From Longimicrobiales bacterium (GTDB lineage Bacteria; Gemmatimonadota; Gemmatimonadetes; Longimicrobiales; Gaopeijiaceae): a stretch of 64,000 bases of DNA. The stretch spans positions 896,001 through 960,000 of the forward strand of contig JAWLHJ010000001.1 in NCBI GenBank assembly GCA_041690395.1, read 5' to 3'. A program made the position numbers and the translations under genes. This document shows, piece after piece, positions 29,034 to 41,452 of the stretch. Positions within the stretch are counted from its first letter, which is position 1. Each line of letters begins with the position of its first letter. Under the pieces are notes generated by a model, which was given only the letters and a program-made list of their open reading frames with translations, searched no databases and had not been told where the DNA came from.

Positions 29034-30334
29034 TTAACGGAGCTCCGGCCGAAGTCGAGCGCTTCCGCCAGCGCGTCCAGCCGAGGGGCGATGTCGATCA
29101 TGTGCTCGTCCTTCTCCATGGCTCGTGCCAAACCGGGAGGGAGCGGTATGTCCCGGCCGATGGCTCGCTCCACGATGTCCGGGAACTTCGCCGGGTGGGC
29201 CGTGCTCAGCACGACCATCGGCGTCTCCGCGCTGCGCTCCCCCGGGGCCGTCTCGGCCACGTGGTAGGCCACCGCGGTGTGCGGATCGAGCACGTATCCC
29301 GCGCGCTCGTAGACACTCGCGATTGTCCGGGCCGTCACCTCGTCGGAGACGGACGCCGCACGGACATCTAGCCGAATCCGTTCGACGTCGCTTCCGTACA
29401 TCCAGAGGATGCGCTCGAGGTTGCTCGGGTCCCCGACATCCATCGCATTCGACGCGGTGTGGACCGATGGACGTGGCTGATGGACCCCTCGCTCGAGGAA
29501 GTCCACGAAGGCCTGATTGACGTTCGTCGCCGCGAGAAAGCCGGAGGCGGGCATCCCGAACCCACGGGCGAGCAGTCCCGCGCAGAGGTTGCCGAGATTA
29601 CCGCACGGGACGGCAAAAGTCGCTCGTCGGTCCTCCCACCCGAGCACACGAGCCGCGTGGACGTAGTACAGTGCCTGAGGCAGGAGCCGACCCACGTTGA
29701 TCGAGTTCGCCGAGGTCCACCGGAAGCGCTCCGAGAGAGCTCGATCCATGAACGCCTCCTTCGCGAGGCGCTGGCAGTCGTCGAACGTGCCGGAGACCGA
29801 GAGCGCGATGACGTTACCGCCCAGCGTCGTCATCTGCCGTCGCTGCCGCTCGCTCACCCCCTCCTTCGGGAATAAGACGGCGACCCGGTAGCCCGGCACG
29901 TCGTGGAAGGCAGCGGCCACCGCGCCCCCGGTATCGCCCGACGTTGCGACCAGGACCGTTCGCTCCCCGTTCGAGGGGAGCAGTCGGGCCATGAGGCGCG
30001 CCATGAACCGGGCTCCCACGTCCTTGAACGCGTGCGTGGGGCCGTGGAATAACTCGAGGACCCATAGGTCGGGCTCGACTTCGACGAGCGGGACGCGAAA
30101 GTCGAACGCTTCCTCGATCGACGCCGTGAGGAGGGACGGGGCCACGCCGGGAATGAGGGTGGGCGCTGCCCAGCGCGCTGTATCCGCGAAGGAAGGATCG
30201 GCCTCCCGGGCAGGTGCCGGGAAGCTTCCGTCGTAGGTCGGGACGTAGAGCCCACCATCGGGCGCGAGCCCCTGCGAGAGGGCATCGGCCAGCGAGGTTC
30301 GGGGCCCCTGGCGGGTGCTGATGAACGAGTCCAT
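29030..30334 (-). CDS. thrC: Threonine synthase
   Basis: GLAPDGGLY, LELFHGPTHAFKDVG, ATSGDTGGA, SANSIN, STAHPAKF. Confidence 0.95.
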   Translation of the reverse strand: MDSFISTRQGPRTSLADALSQGLAPDGGLYVPTYDGSFPAPAREADPSFADTARWAAPTLIPGVAPSLLTASIEEAFDFRVPLVEVEPDLWVLELFHGPTHAFKDVGARFMARLMARLLPSNGERTVLVATSGDTGGAVAAAFHDVPGYRVAVLFPKEGVSERQRRQMTTLGGNVIALSVSGTFDDCQRLAKEAFMDRALSERFRWTSANSINVGRLLPQALYYVHAARVLGWEDRRATFAVPCGNLGNLCAGLLARGFGMPASGFLAATNVNQAFVDFLERGVHQPRPSVHTASNAMDVGDPSNLERILWMYGSDVERIRLDVRAASVSDEVTARTIASVYERAGYVLDPHTAVAYHVAETAPGERSAETPMVVLSTAHPAKFPDIVERAIGRDIPLPPGLARAMEKDEHMIDIAPRLDALAEALDFGRSSVK

Positions 30335-30385
30335 CCAGAAATCTATGCTCGAGTCGGATACCGCGTAGGGGCGATGGAAACGACA

Positions 30386-30415
30386 ACGGCCGGCACCCCG
30401 GAAGGTGCCGGCCGT
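30386..30415 (-). terminator. Hairpin terminator downstream of the histone-like gene
   Basis: ACGGCCGGCACC/GGTGCCGGCCGT perfect 12-bp stem. Confidence 0.7.
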
Positions 30416-30446
30416 GAGCCGTACGACGGGTCGTTCGCGGGACTGG

Positions 30447-30968
30447 CTACTTCTTCTTCGAAGGGGCCTTCTTCTTGGGCGCGGCCTTCTTCTTCGGCGC
30501 GGCCTTCTTCTTGGGCGCGGCCTTCTTCTTCGGCGCGGCCTTCTTCTTCGGCGCGGCCTTCTTCTTGGGCGCGGCCTTCTTCTTCGGCGCGGCCTTCTTC
30601 TTGGGCGCAGCCTTCTTGCCTACCGAGGGCCCGGCCTTCTTGGCGGCCGTCTTCTTCTTCGGTGCAGCCTTCTTCTTCGGTGCGGCTTTCTTCTTCGGTG
30701 CGGCTTTCTTCTTGGGCGCGGCCTTCTTCTTCGGCGCAGCCTTCTTCTTGGGCGCGGCTTTCTTCTTCGGTGCGGCCTTCTTCTTCGGCGCAGCCTTCTT
30801 CTTCGGCGCAGCCTTCTTCTTCGGCGCAGCCTTCTTCTTGGGCGCGGCCTTGGACCCCGGCGCCTTCTTCAACGGCGGGCGCTTTTTCGCACCGGCTGCT
30901 TTCTTCTTGGTGGCGGCCTTCTTCTTCGGAGCCGCCTTGGCCTTGCTGGACTTCTTCTGGGTCGCCAC
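30447..30968 (-). CDS. Histone H1-like Lys/Ala/Pro-rich repetitive DNA-binding protein
   Basis: 173 aa made almost entirely of KKKAAP repeats (18-nt tandem repeat varying mainly at synonymous positions); GAGG RBS before GTG. Confidence 0.85.
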   Translation of the reverse strand: MATQKKSSKAKAAPKKKAATKKKAAGAKKRPPLKKAPGSKAAPKKKAAPKKKAAPKKKAAPKKKAAPKKKAAPKKKAAPKKKAAPKKKAAPKKKAAPKKKAAPKKKTAAKKAGPSVGKKAAPKKKAAPKKKAAPKKKAAPKKKAAPKKKAAPKKKAAPKKKAAPKKKAPSKKK

Positions 30969-31153
30969 GGGAATGCCTCCGACGCTGGGGACTGCAAATG
31001 GAGATACCTCGCTTACGCAGTGTTATCTATACGGTCACCCCATGGGTGCGCAATAGTCCAGCGTATCGCGGATACGAGATGTTGCATACCCACGGCCGTG
31101 GCATACGATATCTTGTGCCTTGCGGTCGGGCTCCATTTTCGTTTCTTCGACGC

Positions 31154-31927
31154 ATGCCGAAAGCCTATACTCCGGACACGTTCAGAGCCGCGTTGATTCG
31201 CCGGGGCGCGGCCGGCCTACGACGCGTGACGTTCCGTCGAAATCGTTCCACCGTATGGTCTTTGACGCAGCGCGGAACGGCGCTCAACCTCCACGAGGCC
31301 TACCGGACCGCGCCATCACACATCCTCGACGCGTTCGCGGTTATCGTGCGGAGTGGAGGCGTCGGGACGAAGGCCTCACGGCATGCCGGGAAGGTCGTGC
31401 TCGCCTGGCCGGAGTTGGTCCGGGCGCTCGAGGAAGTACGCTCCGATGACCACCGTCGTCGCCGGAGGCGGCCGCACCGGTGTTGCGGGACGGACGATCA
31501 GCGCGCGTATCTGCGGGCGCTCTATCGGTACTTCAACCGAACCCGATTCGACGACATGCTTCCCGATGAGATCCCTCTCAGACTCAGCAATCGGATGCGA
31601 TCGTCTCTCGGTCACATGATGCCCGGACGACACCGCAACGGGCATCGCTACGTGGTCGAGATCGCTCTGAATGTCGACCTCCTGCTGTCCGGGAACGGAG
31701 CCGAGCGGGTCGATACCCTGCTGCATGAGATGGCCCACGCCGCCGACTACCTGACTTCCGGCGAGTGCGGACACGGACGGTCGTGGCGGGACTGGGCGCG
31801 ATACGTCGGCTGCCGGCCGACCACCCTCTACGACCGCCCGGTGCGGCGCCGACGGAGCAGGAAAACCGCAGTAACCCGTGTGCCGCCGCTTCCGCCCGCC
31901 CTGCGGAAGGCGCGCCGGGTGGCCTGA
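31154..31927 (+). CDS. SprT-like zinc metalloprotease domain protein
   Basis: YFNRTRFDD, LSNRMRSSLGH, TLLHEMAH, GHGRSW; ATG 31154 chosen. Confidence 0.8.
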   Translation: MPKAYTPDTFRAALIRRGAAGLRRVTFRRNRSTVWSLTQRGTALNLHEAYRTAPSHILDAFAVIVRSGGVGTKASRHAGKVVLAWPELVRALEEVRSDDHRRRRRRPHRCCGTDDQRAYLRALYRYFNRTRFDDMLPDEIPLRLSNRMRSSLGHMMPGRHRNGHRYVVEIALNVDLLLSGNGAERVDTLLHEMAHAADYLTSGECGHGRSWRDWARYVGCRPTTLYDRPVRRRRSRKTAVTRVPPLPPALRKARRVA

Positions 31928-31943
31928 GCGCCCGGCGCGCCTC

Positions 31944-32507
31944 TCAAGCCGGCCAGAGCCAGCCGAACGCGCCGGCGGTCAGTAGCGCGTATATGAATCC
32001 ATCGAACATCGACTTGAACGTCGACGACCAGGCCTGCTTGTACCAGATGGAGCGCTGCATGAGCGCGACGGCGTAGCAGCTGAAGGCGACCGTGCCCGTG
32101 ACTCGGAAGACGTCGATGTACTCGGTCCCGGGCGGTAGCATGCGGCCCCCGAGATACGCTGCGAACACGCCGACCAGCAGCGAGTAACCGAACCACTGCG
32201 TGAGGCTGGCGCCCATGTGGAAGACCGCCGACGGCTCGACCACGGTCATGAACGCGACCGGTCCACGCTCCACCTTCCCGCGGTACTCGTCGGACTTCAT
32301 CCCCTCGGTCGACCCGGCGTGCGGGACCACGTAGTCGCCGGGTGGGATGGACAGGTCGCGAACCGAGTTCAGGAAGGCATCCTCGTCGGGGAGCTTCCGG
32401 AAGTCGTTCTTGTGGTAGGGGAGGAGCATGTGGATGAGGGAGCTGGCGATGAAGACCAGCACGCCGCTCACCAGGATCGGCATCCACAGGGAGAGGATCG
32501 GGACCAT
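31944..32507 (-). CDS. Conserved hypothetical membrane protein
   Basis: LWMPILVSGVLVFIASSLIHMLLPYHKND; four hydrophobic segments; GGAGG RBS. Confidence 0.8.
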   Translation of the reverse strand: MVPILSLWMPILVSGVLVFIASSLIHMLLPYHKNDFRKLPDEDAFLNSVRDLSIPPGDYVVPHAGSTEGMKSDEYRGKVERGPVAFMTVVEPSAVFHMGASLTQWFGYSLLVGVFAAYLGGRMLPPGTEYIDVFRVTGTVAFSCYAVALMQRSIWYKQAWSSTFKSMFDGFIYALLTAGAFGWLWPA

Positions 32508-32617
32508 GGCGCAGCCTCCGGTGGCAGAAGGAGATTGCGCCACGCTAGGCGGCCGGGTCGGACCTCGCAATACCGCCTGGCAACCCGACCCGGAGCACGA
32601 TCGGGCCACCGGTCACG

Positions 32618-34641
<2,024 letters not shown>

Positions 34642-34645
<4 letters not shown>

Positions 34646-37098
34646 TGCACCACGAAGTTCACGAGACGTCCGTTCACATGGATCACCCGCCGCTCGGTCG
34701 TTCCTTCGAGGTGGCGTGCGACATTCTCATCGGCCCGGGCCGCGGCGATGACGTCGGCTTCCGCCGCGTCCTTCGCCACGTCGATCGAGCCGCGCAGCTT
34801 TCCGTTCACCTGGACGGCCAGCGTCACGGTATCCTCCACGAGCTTGGCCTCGTCGAAGCTCGGCCAGTTCGCGCCGTCGAAGATGCCTCCCTCGTGCCCG
34901 AGCCTCTCCCAGAGCTCCTCGGCCATATGCGGCGCGAACGGCGCGACCATGACCACGAGCGGCTCGATCTCCGCGCGCGCGGCCGTTCGTCCGCCGGAGC
35001 GCACCGTGTTCAGGCACTCCATGAGCGCGGCGATCGAGGTGTTGTAGCCCAGCTCCGGGATCTGCTCGGTGACCTGCTTGATGGTCTGGTGCACCTTCCG
35101 CTCGACGTCCGCATCGGGCGTGGCGTCGGGGTCGGCGGAGACCACCGTGTCCCAGAGGCGGTGGAGGAAGCCGTGCGGACCCTGGATCCCCTCGGCCCGG
35201 TAGTCGCCACCCTCCTCGAACGGTCCCAGGAACATGAGGTAGGTGCGGAACGTGTCCGCGCCGTACTCCTCGATGATCGGGTCCGGGACGATGACGTTCC
35301 CCTTGCTCTTGGACATCTTGGCGCCCTCGGCGATGATCAGGCCGTGGGCGCGGAACTTCGTGAACGGCTCCTCGAAGTCGATGTATCCCAGGTCCTTCAG
35401 CACCATCGTGATGAACCGCGCGTACATCAGGTGGAGCACCGCGTGCTCGTTCCCGCCGATGTACGTGTCGACCGGGAGCCACGACTTCGTGATCTCCGGA
35501 TCGAAGGGCCGGTCGTCGAAGTCCGTCGACGGGTAGCGCAGGAAGTACCAGCTCGAGTCGAGGAACGTGTCGGACACGTCGGTCTCGCGCCGGGCGTCAC
35601 CGCCGCACGAAGGACAGGATGTCTCGTACCACTCGGCCACGCGTGCCATGGGACTCACGCCCGAGTCGTCCGGCTTGAAGTCCTCGACCCGAGGCAGGAC
35701 GACGGGTAGTTGGTCCTCCGGGACCGGAACGGCGCCGCACTTCGGGCAGTGCACGATAGGAATGGGCGGGCCCCAGTAGCGCTGCCTGGAGATGCACCAG
35801 TCGTGGAGGCGGTACTGCACGCGCGCCTCGCCCCAGCCCTGATCGGCGGCCCAGGCGGTCACGGCCCGCACCGACTCGGTCACGTCCGTACCGTCGAACG
35901 GGCCCGAGTTGACCAGGCGGCCGGGGCCGACGTAGGCCTCCGCGAGCGGTGTATCTGCGTCCTCGTCCGGACCCGCCACGACCCGGACGATCGGCAGATC
36001 GAAGGTCTCGGCGAACTCGAAGTCCCGCTCGTCGTGGCCCGGCACGGCCATGATGGCGCCGGTTCCGTACTCCATGAGCACGTAGTCGGCGATCCAGACC
36101 GGGATGGCACGTCCGGTGGCCGGGTTCCGGCAGTATCCGCCGGTGAAGACGCCGGTCTTGGTGCGATCGGCCTTCTGGCGGGCGACGAGATCCTTCTTCT
36201 GGGCCTGGTCACGGTACTCCGACACGGCCGCCGCCTGCTCCGGACGCGTCACCGTGTCGACCAGGGGGTGCTCCGGCGACAGCACCATGTAGGTGGCGCC
36301 GAACACGGTATCCGGCCGGGTGGTGTAAACCTCGACCTGACCCGTCGTGTTGGCGCCCGTGACGTCGAGGATGGGGAAGTGGAGCTGGGCGCCCTGGCTC
36401 CGGCCGATCCAGTTCGACTGGGCTTTCTTCGTCGTCTCCGACCAGTCGATCGTCTCGAGGTTGTCGAGGAGCCGCTGGGCGTACTTGGTGATCTTGAAGA
36501 ACCACTGGGCGATCCGGCGCTGCTCGACCGGCGTGCCGCACCGCTCGCACTCGCCGCCCACGACCTGCTCGTTGGCGAGCACGGTCATGCACGACGGGCA
36601 CCAGTTGACCGGGGCCTCCTTCCGCTCCGCGAGTCCTGCCTCGAAGAGCTTCAGGAAGATCCACTGCGTCCACTTGTAGTAGGACGGGTCGGTCGTATCG
36701 ACCGTGTGCGTCCAGTCGAACATGCCGCCGGTGCGGCGGAGCTGGCGGGTGAAGTTCCGCACGTTCGACGGAATGAGGTCCATCGGATGCGTGCCCTGCT
36801 TCAGGGCGAAGTTCTCCGAGTGGATCCCGAATGCGTCGAAGCCGATCGGCTCGAAGACCTGGCGACCGAGCAGGCGCTGGTAGCGCCCGTGTACGTCCGC
36901 GCCGGTGAACGCGTAGATGTTGCCCACATGGAGGCCCTCGGCAGAGGGGTAGGGGAACATCATGAGGTTGTAGAAGGGCCGCTCGGCGGAGCGGAGCTCG
37001 TCCACGGTGAAGGCGTTCGTGCCGCGCTCTTCCCACAGGCGCTGCCACTTCTCTTCGATGGAGGACGGTTGGTAGCCGTCCCGTTCCTGATTGGCCAT
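34642..37098 (-). CDS. leuS: Leucine--tRNA ligase
   Basis: MFPYPSAEGLHVGN, YTTRPDT, GTGAIMAVPGHD, DWCISRQRYWG, KMSKS. Confidence 0.97.
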
Positions 37099-37278
37099 GG
37101 CTCGTTCGGCGGCGGGGCTCACGCAAAGAACCGCTAAGCTACATGGCCGGGGCGGGCGACCCAAGTGCGACTCCGGGTCGGTTCGACCGGTGGCCGGCTC
37201 CCGGGCCTTATCGGCACCGAACTTGCCTCTCCGGGTAGACCTCCTGCCTCGCGACCTTCCGCCTCCGTCCCCCCGCCG

Positions 37279-39027
37279 ATGTCAGACAAGAAGAAGATCT
37301 CCGGGGCGAGCCTCCGGCACGCCTTCGAGGAGATCATCTGGCCGCGCAGGAAGCTCATCTTCCTCGGCCTCGTGCTCATCCTGTTGAACCGGCTGAGCGG
37401 CCTGGTCCTGCCGGCATCGACCAAGTACCTGGTGGACGACGTCATCTCGGGCGGGAACGGCGACCTCCTCTACCAGCTCCTCGGGCTCGTCGGCCTCGCC
37501 ATCGCCGTCCAGTCGGCGACGTCGTACGCGCTCACCATGCTGCTCAGCGTCGAAGCGCAGCACCTCATCGCGAATCTCCGGGCCCAGGTGCAGCAGCACG
37601 TGCTCAGGCTTCCCGTGCGCGTGTTCGACAACACGAAGTCCGGCGAGCTGGTGTCGCGGATCATGGACGACGTCGAAGGCGTGCGGAATCTGGTGGGCAC
37701 CGGTCTGGTGCAGCTCGTGGGCGGATCGGTGACCGCTGTCGTGGCGCTGGTCTTCCTCCTGGGCATCGATCCGGTGATGACGGTGCTGGCCATCTTCCCG
37801 CTGCTCGCGTTCGGCTGGGTTTCGTCGAAGGCGTTCAGCACGCTCCGGCCGGCGTTCCGGGAGCGCGGGCAGATCCGCGCCGAGGTGACCGGCCGCCTCA
37901 CCGAGGCCCTCGGGGGCATCCGGGTCATCAAGGGCTTCCACGCGCTCGAGAAGGAAGCCGAGATCTTCTACGAGGGCGTGCTGCGGATCTTCGACAACGT
38001 GAAGACGACGTTGAAGACGTCCAGCATGGTCACGAGCCTCGGCACCTTCTTCATGGGGCTCGCCAGCGTGCTCATCATGGGGTACGGTGGTCGCTTGGTC
38101 CTCATGGACCAGCTCACGCTGGGCGAGTTGTTCAGCTTCACCCTGTTCCTGGGCTTCCTGATCGCGCCGGTGCTCCAGATCTCGAACATCGGGACGCAGA
38201 TGACCGAGGCGTTCGCCGGCCTCGACCGGACGTCGGAGCTGCTCGGGTGGCCCCAGGAGGACGACGACCCGCTGCGCACCGAGACCATGCCGCGTATCGA
38301 GGGGCACCTCCGCTTCGAGGACGTGCACTTCTCCTACGACGCGGACAAGCCGGTGCTGCACGGGATCTCGTTCGAAGCCGACCCCGGGTCGGTCGTCGCC
38401 CTGGTCGGGAGCTCGGGCTCCGGCAAGTCGACCATCGCGGGGCTCGCGGCGTCCTTCCTCGAGCCGGCCGACGGGCGGGTGCTCGTCGACGGGATGGACC
38501 TACGGCGGGTGAACCTGGCTTCCTACCGGGCGCAGCTGGGACTCGTGTTCCAGGACGACTTCCTGTTCGACGGCACCATCCGCGAGAACCTCCGGTTCGC
38601 GAGGCCCACGGCGACCGACGGTGAGGTCGAAGACGCCGCGCGGATGGCGTACGTCACCGAGTTCACCGATCGGTTCCCGGACGGCCTCGACACGCTGATC
38701 GGCGAGCGCGGCGTGAAGCTCTCGGGTGGGCAGCGGCAGCGCGTGACGATCGCGCGGGCGATCCTGGCCGACCCGCGCATCCTACTCCTCGACGAGGCGA
38801 CGTCGAGCCTCGACACCGAGAGCGAGGCGCTCATCCAGAAGAGCCTGAGCGAGCTGCTCAAGGGTCGCACGACCCTGGTGATCGCGCACAGGCTGTCCAC
38901 CATCCAGCGCGCCGACCTGATCCTCGTGGTCGAGGACGGCCGGATCGTGGAGTGGGGTCGGCACGACGAGCTCATATCGCGGCGTGGCCGCTACCACGAG
39001 CTCTACACGGTGCAGGCGCGGATCTGA
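37279..39027 (+). CDS. ABC exporter, fused permease/ATP-binding subunit
   Basis: N-terminal TM domain, GSSGSGKST, LSGGQRQR, LLLDEATSSLD. Confidence 0.93.
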   Translation: MSDKKKISGASLRHAFEEIIWPRRKLIFLGLVLILLNRLSGLVLPASTKYLVDDVISGGNGDLLYQLLGLVGLAIAVQSATSYALTMLLSVEAQHLIANLRAQVQQHVLRLPVRVFDNTKSGELVSRIMDDVEGVRNLVGTGLVQLVGGSVTAVVALVFLLGIDPVMTVLAIFPLLAFGWVSSKAFSTLRPAFRERGQIRAEVTGRLTEALGGIRVIKGFHALEKEAEIFYEGVLRIFDNVKTTLKTSSMVTSLGTFFMGLASVLIMGYGGRLVLMDQLTLGELFSFTLFLGFLIAPVLQISNIGTQMTEAFAGLDRTSELLGWPQEDDDPLRTETMPRIEGHLRFEDVHFSYDADKPVLHGISFEADPGSVVALVGSSGSGKSTIAGLAASFLEPADGRVLVDGMDLRRVNLASYRAQLGLVFQDDFLFDGTIRENLRFARPTATDGEVEDAARMAYVTEFTDRFPDGLDTLIGERGVKLSGGQRQRVTIARAILADPRILLLDEATSSLDTESEALIQKSLSELLKGRTTLVIAHRLSTIQRADLILVVEDGRIVEWGRHDELISRRGRYHELYTVQARI

Positions 39028-39072
39028 GGGTCTCGCGCGGCTTCCCGAGGCCGGCTGCGGGTGTGCGGCCGT

Positions 39073-39102
39073 GGTCGCCCGCCGGGAGCCCGGCGGGCGA
39101 CC
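39073..39102. terminator. Perfect hairpin between convergent genes
   Basis: GGTCGCCCGCCGGG/CCCGGCGGGCGACC. Confidence 0.65.
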
Positions 39103-39108
39103 GTCACC

Positions 39109-39930
39109 TCAAGCGGGCTTCCGAGCTCGGAAGTTGATGCCCACCGTACCGAACTTCGCCGCGCTCGACTGTTGAGGGGCGCCGGTGAAGACGTCCTTCT
39201 TCCAGGTGATCTCGAAGCCCGTGAATCCGTTGGCCACGACCGTGGCCTGGAGCTCTTCCTCGAGAAGAGCCCCCGCGATTCAGCCGGTCCAGAGCTCGAT
39301 CTTTCGCTTCGCTCCGTCGCCGACCGGCTTGCTCACCATGATGTCGGCGATCTGGAGCCGCCCTCCGGGCCTCAGCACACGCGCCATCTCCTGGAGCGCG
39401 GCGGCCTTGTCGGGCATGAGGTTCAGGACGCCGTTCGAGATGACGACGTCCGCCCATCCGTCCTCGACGGGAAGCTCCTCGCCGTAGCCCTTCCGGAACT
39501 CGACGTTCTCGAGATCCATCGCCTCGGCCGAGCGCTGGGCCTTGTCGAGCATGGCATGGGTCATGTCGACGCCGACGGTTCGGCCCGAGGGCCCGACCAT
39601 TCTCGCTGCGATGAGGGAGTCGATGCCGGCTCCGCACCCGATGTCCACCACGCGCTCTCCTGGACGGACTGCGCCGAGGCTGAATGGGTTTCCGGTTCCG
39701 GCGAACGATTCGACGGCCTGCTCGGGTAGTCCCTCGAGCCAGCTGTCCTCGTACTCGAGGATGCGGGCGAGGGGGCGGCCGGTGTGGAAGTGGAAGCCCT
39801 GGTCGGGCGAGCGCGCCACCGTTTCATACTCCTCCTGGATCGCGCAGCGGAGCGTCTCGAGATCGAGGTCCGGTACCGCGGTCGAGGATCGGGTGTTCGG
39901 GGTCGCTTCCTCCTGAGAGGGATTGCTCAT
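39109..39930 (-). CDS. ArsM-like SAM methyltransferase, probable selenoprotein (in-frame TGA at 39280-39282)
   Basis: VDIGCGAG, GVDMT, ISNGVLNL, LRPGGRL; W-T-G-TGA-I-A-G-A continues 56 codons to TGA 39109; GGAGGAG RBS before ATG 39930. Confidence 0.85.
39249..39273 (-). promoter_or_regulatory. Candidate bacterial SECIS hairpin
   Basis: GGGGCUCUUC-UCGAG-GAAGAGCUCC, 10-bp stem at nt 7-31 after the UGA. Confidence 0.7.
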
Positions 39931-40112
39931 GGCTCCTCCGTGGTTGGGGTGCCGGTGATGCGGCTCGTTGCCGCTCTCCCTCATCCTAATGGGACCCCGC
40001 CGTGCTTCGACAGGTGGGTACCCGGATTCGGGCTTCGACACCTGGAGTGCGTGGAACGGCCGGTTCGAGTGACTCCCCGGACCTTTCTCGCGACGCCGGG
40101 CCGCGCGGGGCG

Positions 40113-41213
40113 CTACCGGTGCGCGCTGGGCTCCGCCGCGGCGTCGGTGGGAGCTTTTCCGCCCGTGGGCAGCAGCTCGAACGGATCGTCGACGGCGTCG
40201 ACGCCAGCCTTCAGCTCGTCGAGCACCCGCACGAGATCCCCGTCATGGGCCTCGAGGTAGGCGTCGAAGTCCGGCAGCCGGTGGTAATAGCGCATGCGCG
40301 CCAGCAGCGTCGCATTGTTCAGAGGCGTGTCGCGGAAGCCCTGGAACGTGAACTGCTCGAACGTCGGCTGGACTTCCTCGTCGAACCGTCGGAGCGCGTC
40401 GCGGAACACGTCCTGGCGCCGCTCGAGCTTGGCCGCGGCGATGTAGCTCGGGTTGTCGTAGATGGCCTCCAGCTCCTCGACGAGCCCGTCGATGAAGACG
40501 CCGAACCGCTGGTAGTCCCGCCACCTGGCCTGTGCCCGCTGGCAGCGCACGGTGTCGGGTCCGCCTCCCTCGCGTGTGCAGAAGAAGCGGATGGCGGCGG
40601 TGCGGCCGACGAACGTGGCGAAGCTCTCGTTGAAGCCGACGTGGCCGGGCACGAACAGGTGCTGGTGGGAGAGCTCGTGGAAGACGGTCTCGACCACCTC
40701 GACGTCGTCGGCCCGCAGCATGGAGGAGAGTAGCGGGTCGTTGAACCAGCCGAGGGTGCTGAACGCCGCCGTGGGGCGGACGTACGTGTCCCACCCCTCC
40801 CGGCGGAGCTCCGCCTCCTCCCGGAACGCGTCGGCCTCGTCGAAGAAGCCCTTGTACGGGACACGCCCCACGACCGGGAACCACCACGTCTTCGATTGCA
40901 GTCGGTCCGGGTAGGCGGCCGACAGCACGAGGGCGAGCGTGTCGCTCTCGAGCTCCGTGTACATGGTGTACGACTCTCCCGCGTCGATTCCCAGCTCCTC
41001 GGCGGCGAAGCGCCGGGCCTCGAGCACCCAGGCCAGCTTGCCCCGGGTCGCCGCGTCGGTCGTGGTGTCGTTCAGCACGCGGTGGATCGGCTGGCGAGCC
41101 CGGAGGATACGCATCTCGGCCAGGCCGGCCTTCACGACGTAGACCGGGGAGCAGGCGGCGCAGCTGGCCACGAGGGCCAGCCCGCCGAACGCCAGGATCA
41201 GTCGTCGGCGCAT
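40113..41213 (-). CDS. Predicted zinc aminopeptidase, exported/lipoprotein
   Basis: WWFPVVGRVPYKGFF, AFSTLGWFNDP, FHELSHQ, FNESFATFV. Confidence 0.88.
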   Translation of the reverse strand: MRRRLILAFGGLALVASCAACSPVYVVKAGLAEMRILRARQPIHRVLNDTTTDAATRGKLAWVLEARRFAAEELGIDAGESYTMYTELESDTLALVLSAAYPDRLQSKTWWFPVVGRVPYKGFFDEADAFREEAELRREGWDTYVRPTAAFSTLGWFNDPLLSSMLRADDVEVVETVFHELSHQHLFVPGHVGFNESFATFVGRTAAIRFFCTREGGGPDTVRCQRAQARWRDYQRFGVFIDGLVEELEAIYDNPSYIAAAKLERRQDVFRDALRRFDEEVQPTFEQFTFQGFRDTPLNNATLLARMRYYHRLPDFDAYLEAHDGDLVRVLDELKAGVDAVDDPFELLPTGGKAPTDAAAEPSAHR

Positions 41214-41215
41214 GA

Positions 41216-41407
41216 CTATTCCAGGTAGGTGCGCTCGTCCGGATCGACCGCTACGCGGAGCTCCACGAGGTCCGCTTCGGGCGCGACCTCGTCGGGGAGC
41301 GCCTCGGCCGCCGCCTTGAGCGCTTCGCGGGCGTCGGCTCCCTCCACCCTGTAGGTGTGGTAGCGCTGGCGTTGCCCGCCGTACCGTACGGTGATGTCGA
41401 AATGCAT
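41216..41407 (-). CDS. Small hypothetical protein (63 aa)
   Basis: MHFDITVRYGG...DPDERTYLE; host-like codons; stop 2 nt before the aminopeptidase start. Confidence 0.65.
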   Translation of the reverse strand: MHFDITVRYGGQRQRYHTYRVEGADAREALKAAAEALPDEVAPEADLVELRVAVDPDERTYLE

Positions 41408-41452
41408 GCCGGAATCTACCGAGACCCTGGCGCTGTACCTATCCTCCGGGCC

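Noticed and set aside
28110..30334. thrC-thrB order without thrA
   Set aside because: thr gene order varies widely among bacteria; not remarkable.
30374..31153. N-terminal extension of the 517-aa ORF and the 30405/30475 ORFs
   Set aside because: These are antisense shadows of the KKKAAP repeat gene; the SprT-like domain begins near 31154.
39280..40041. 253-aa methyltransferase as called in the ORF track, or a nonsense pseudogene
   Set aside because: The RBS favours ATG 39930, and the TGA falls at a conserved Cys position with a downstream hairpin and an intact C-terminal frame.
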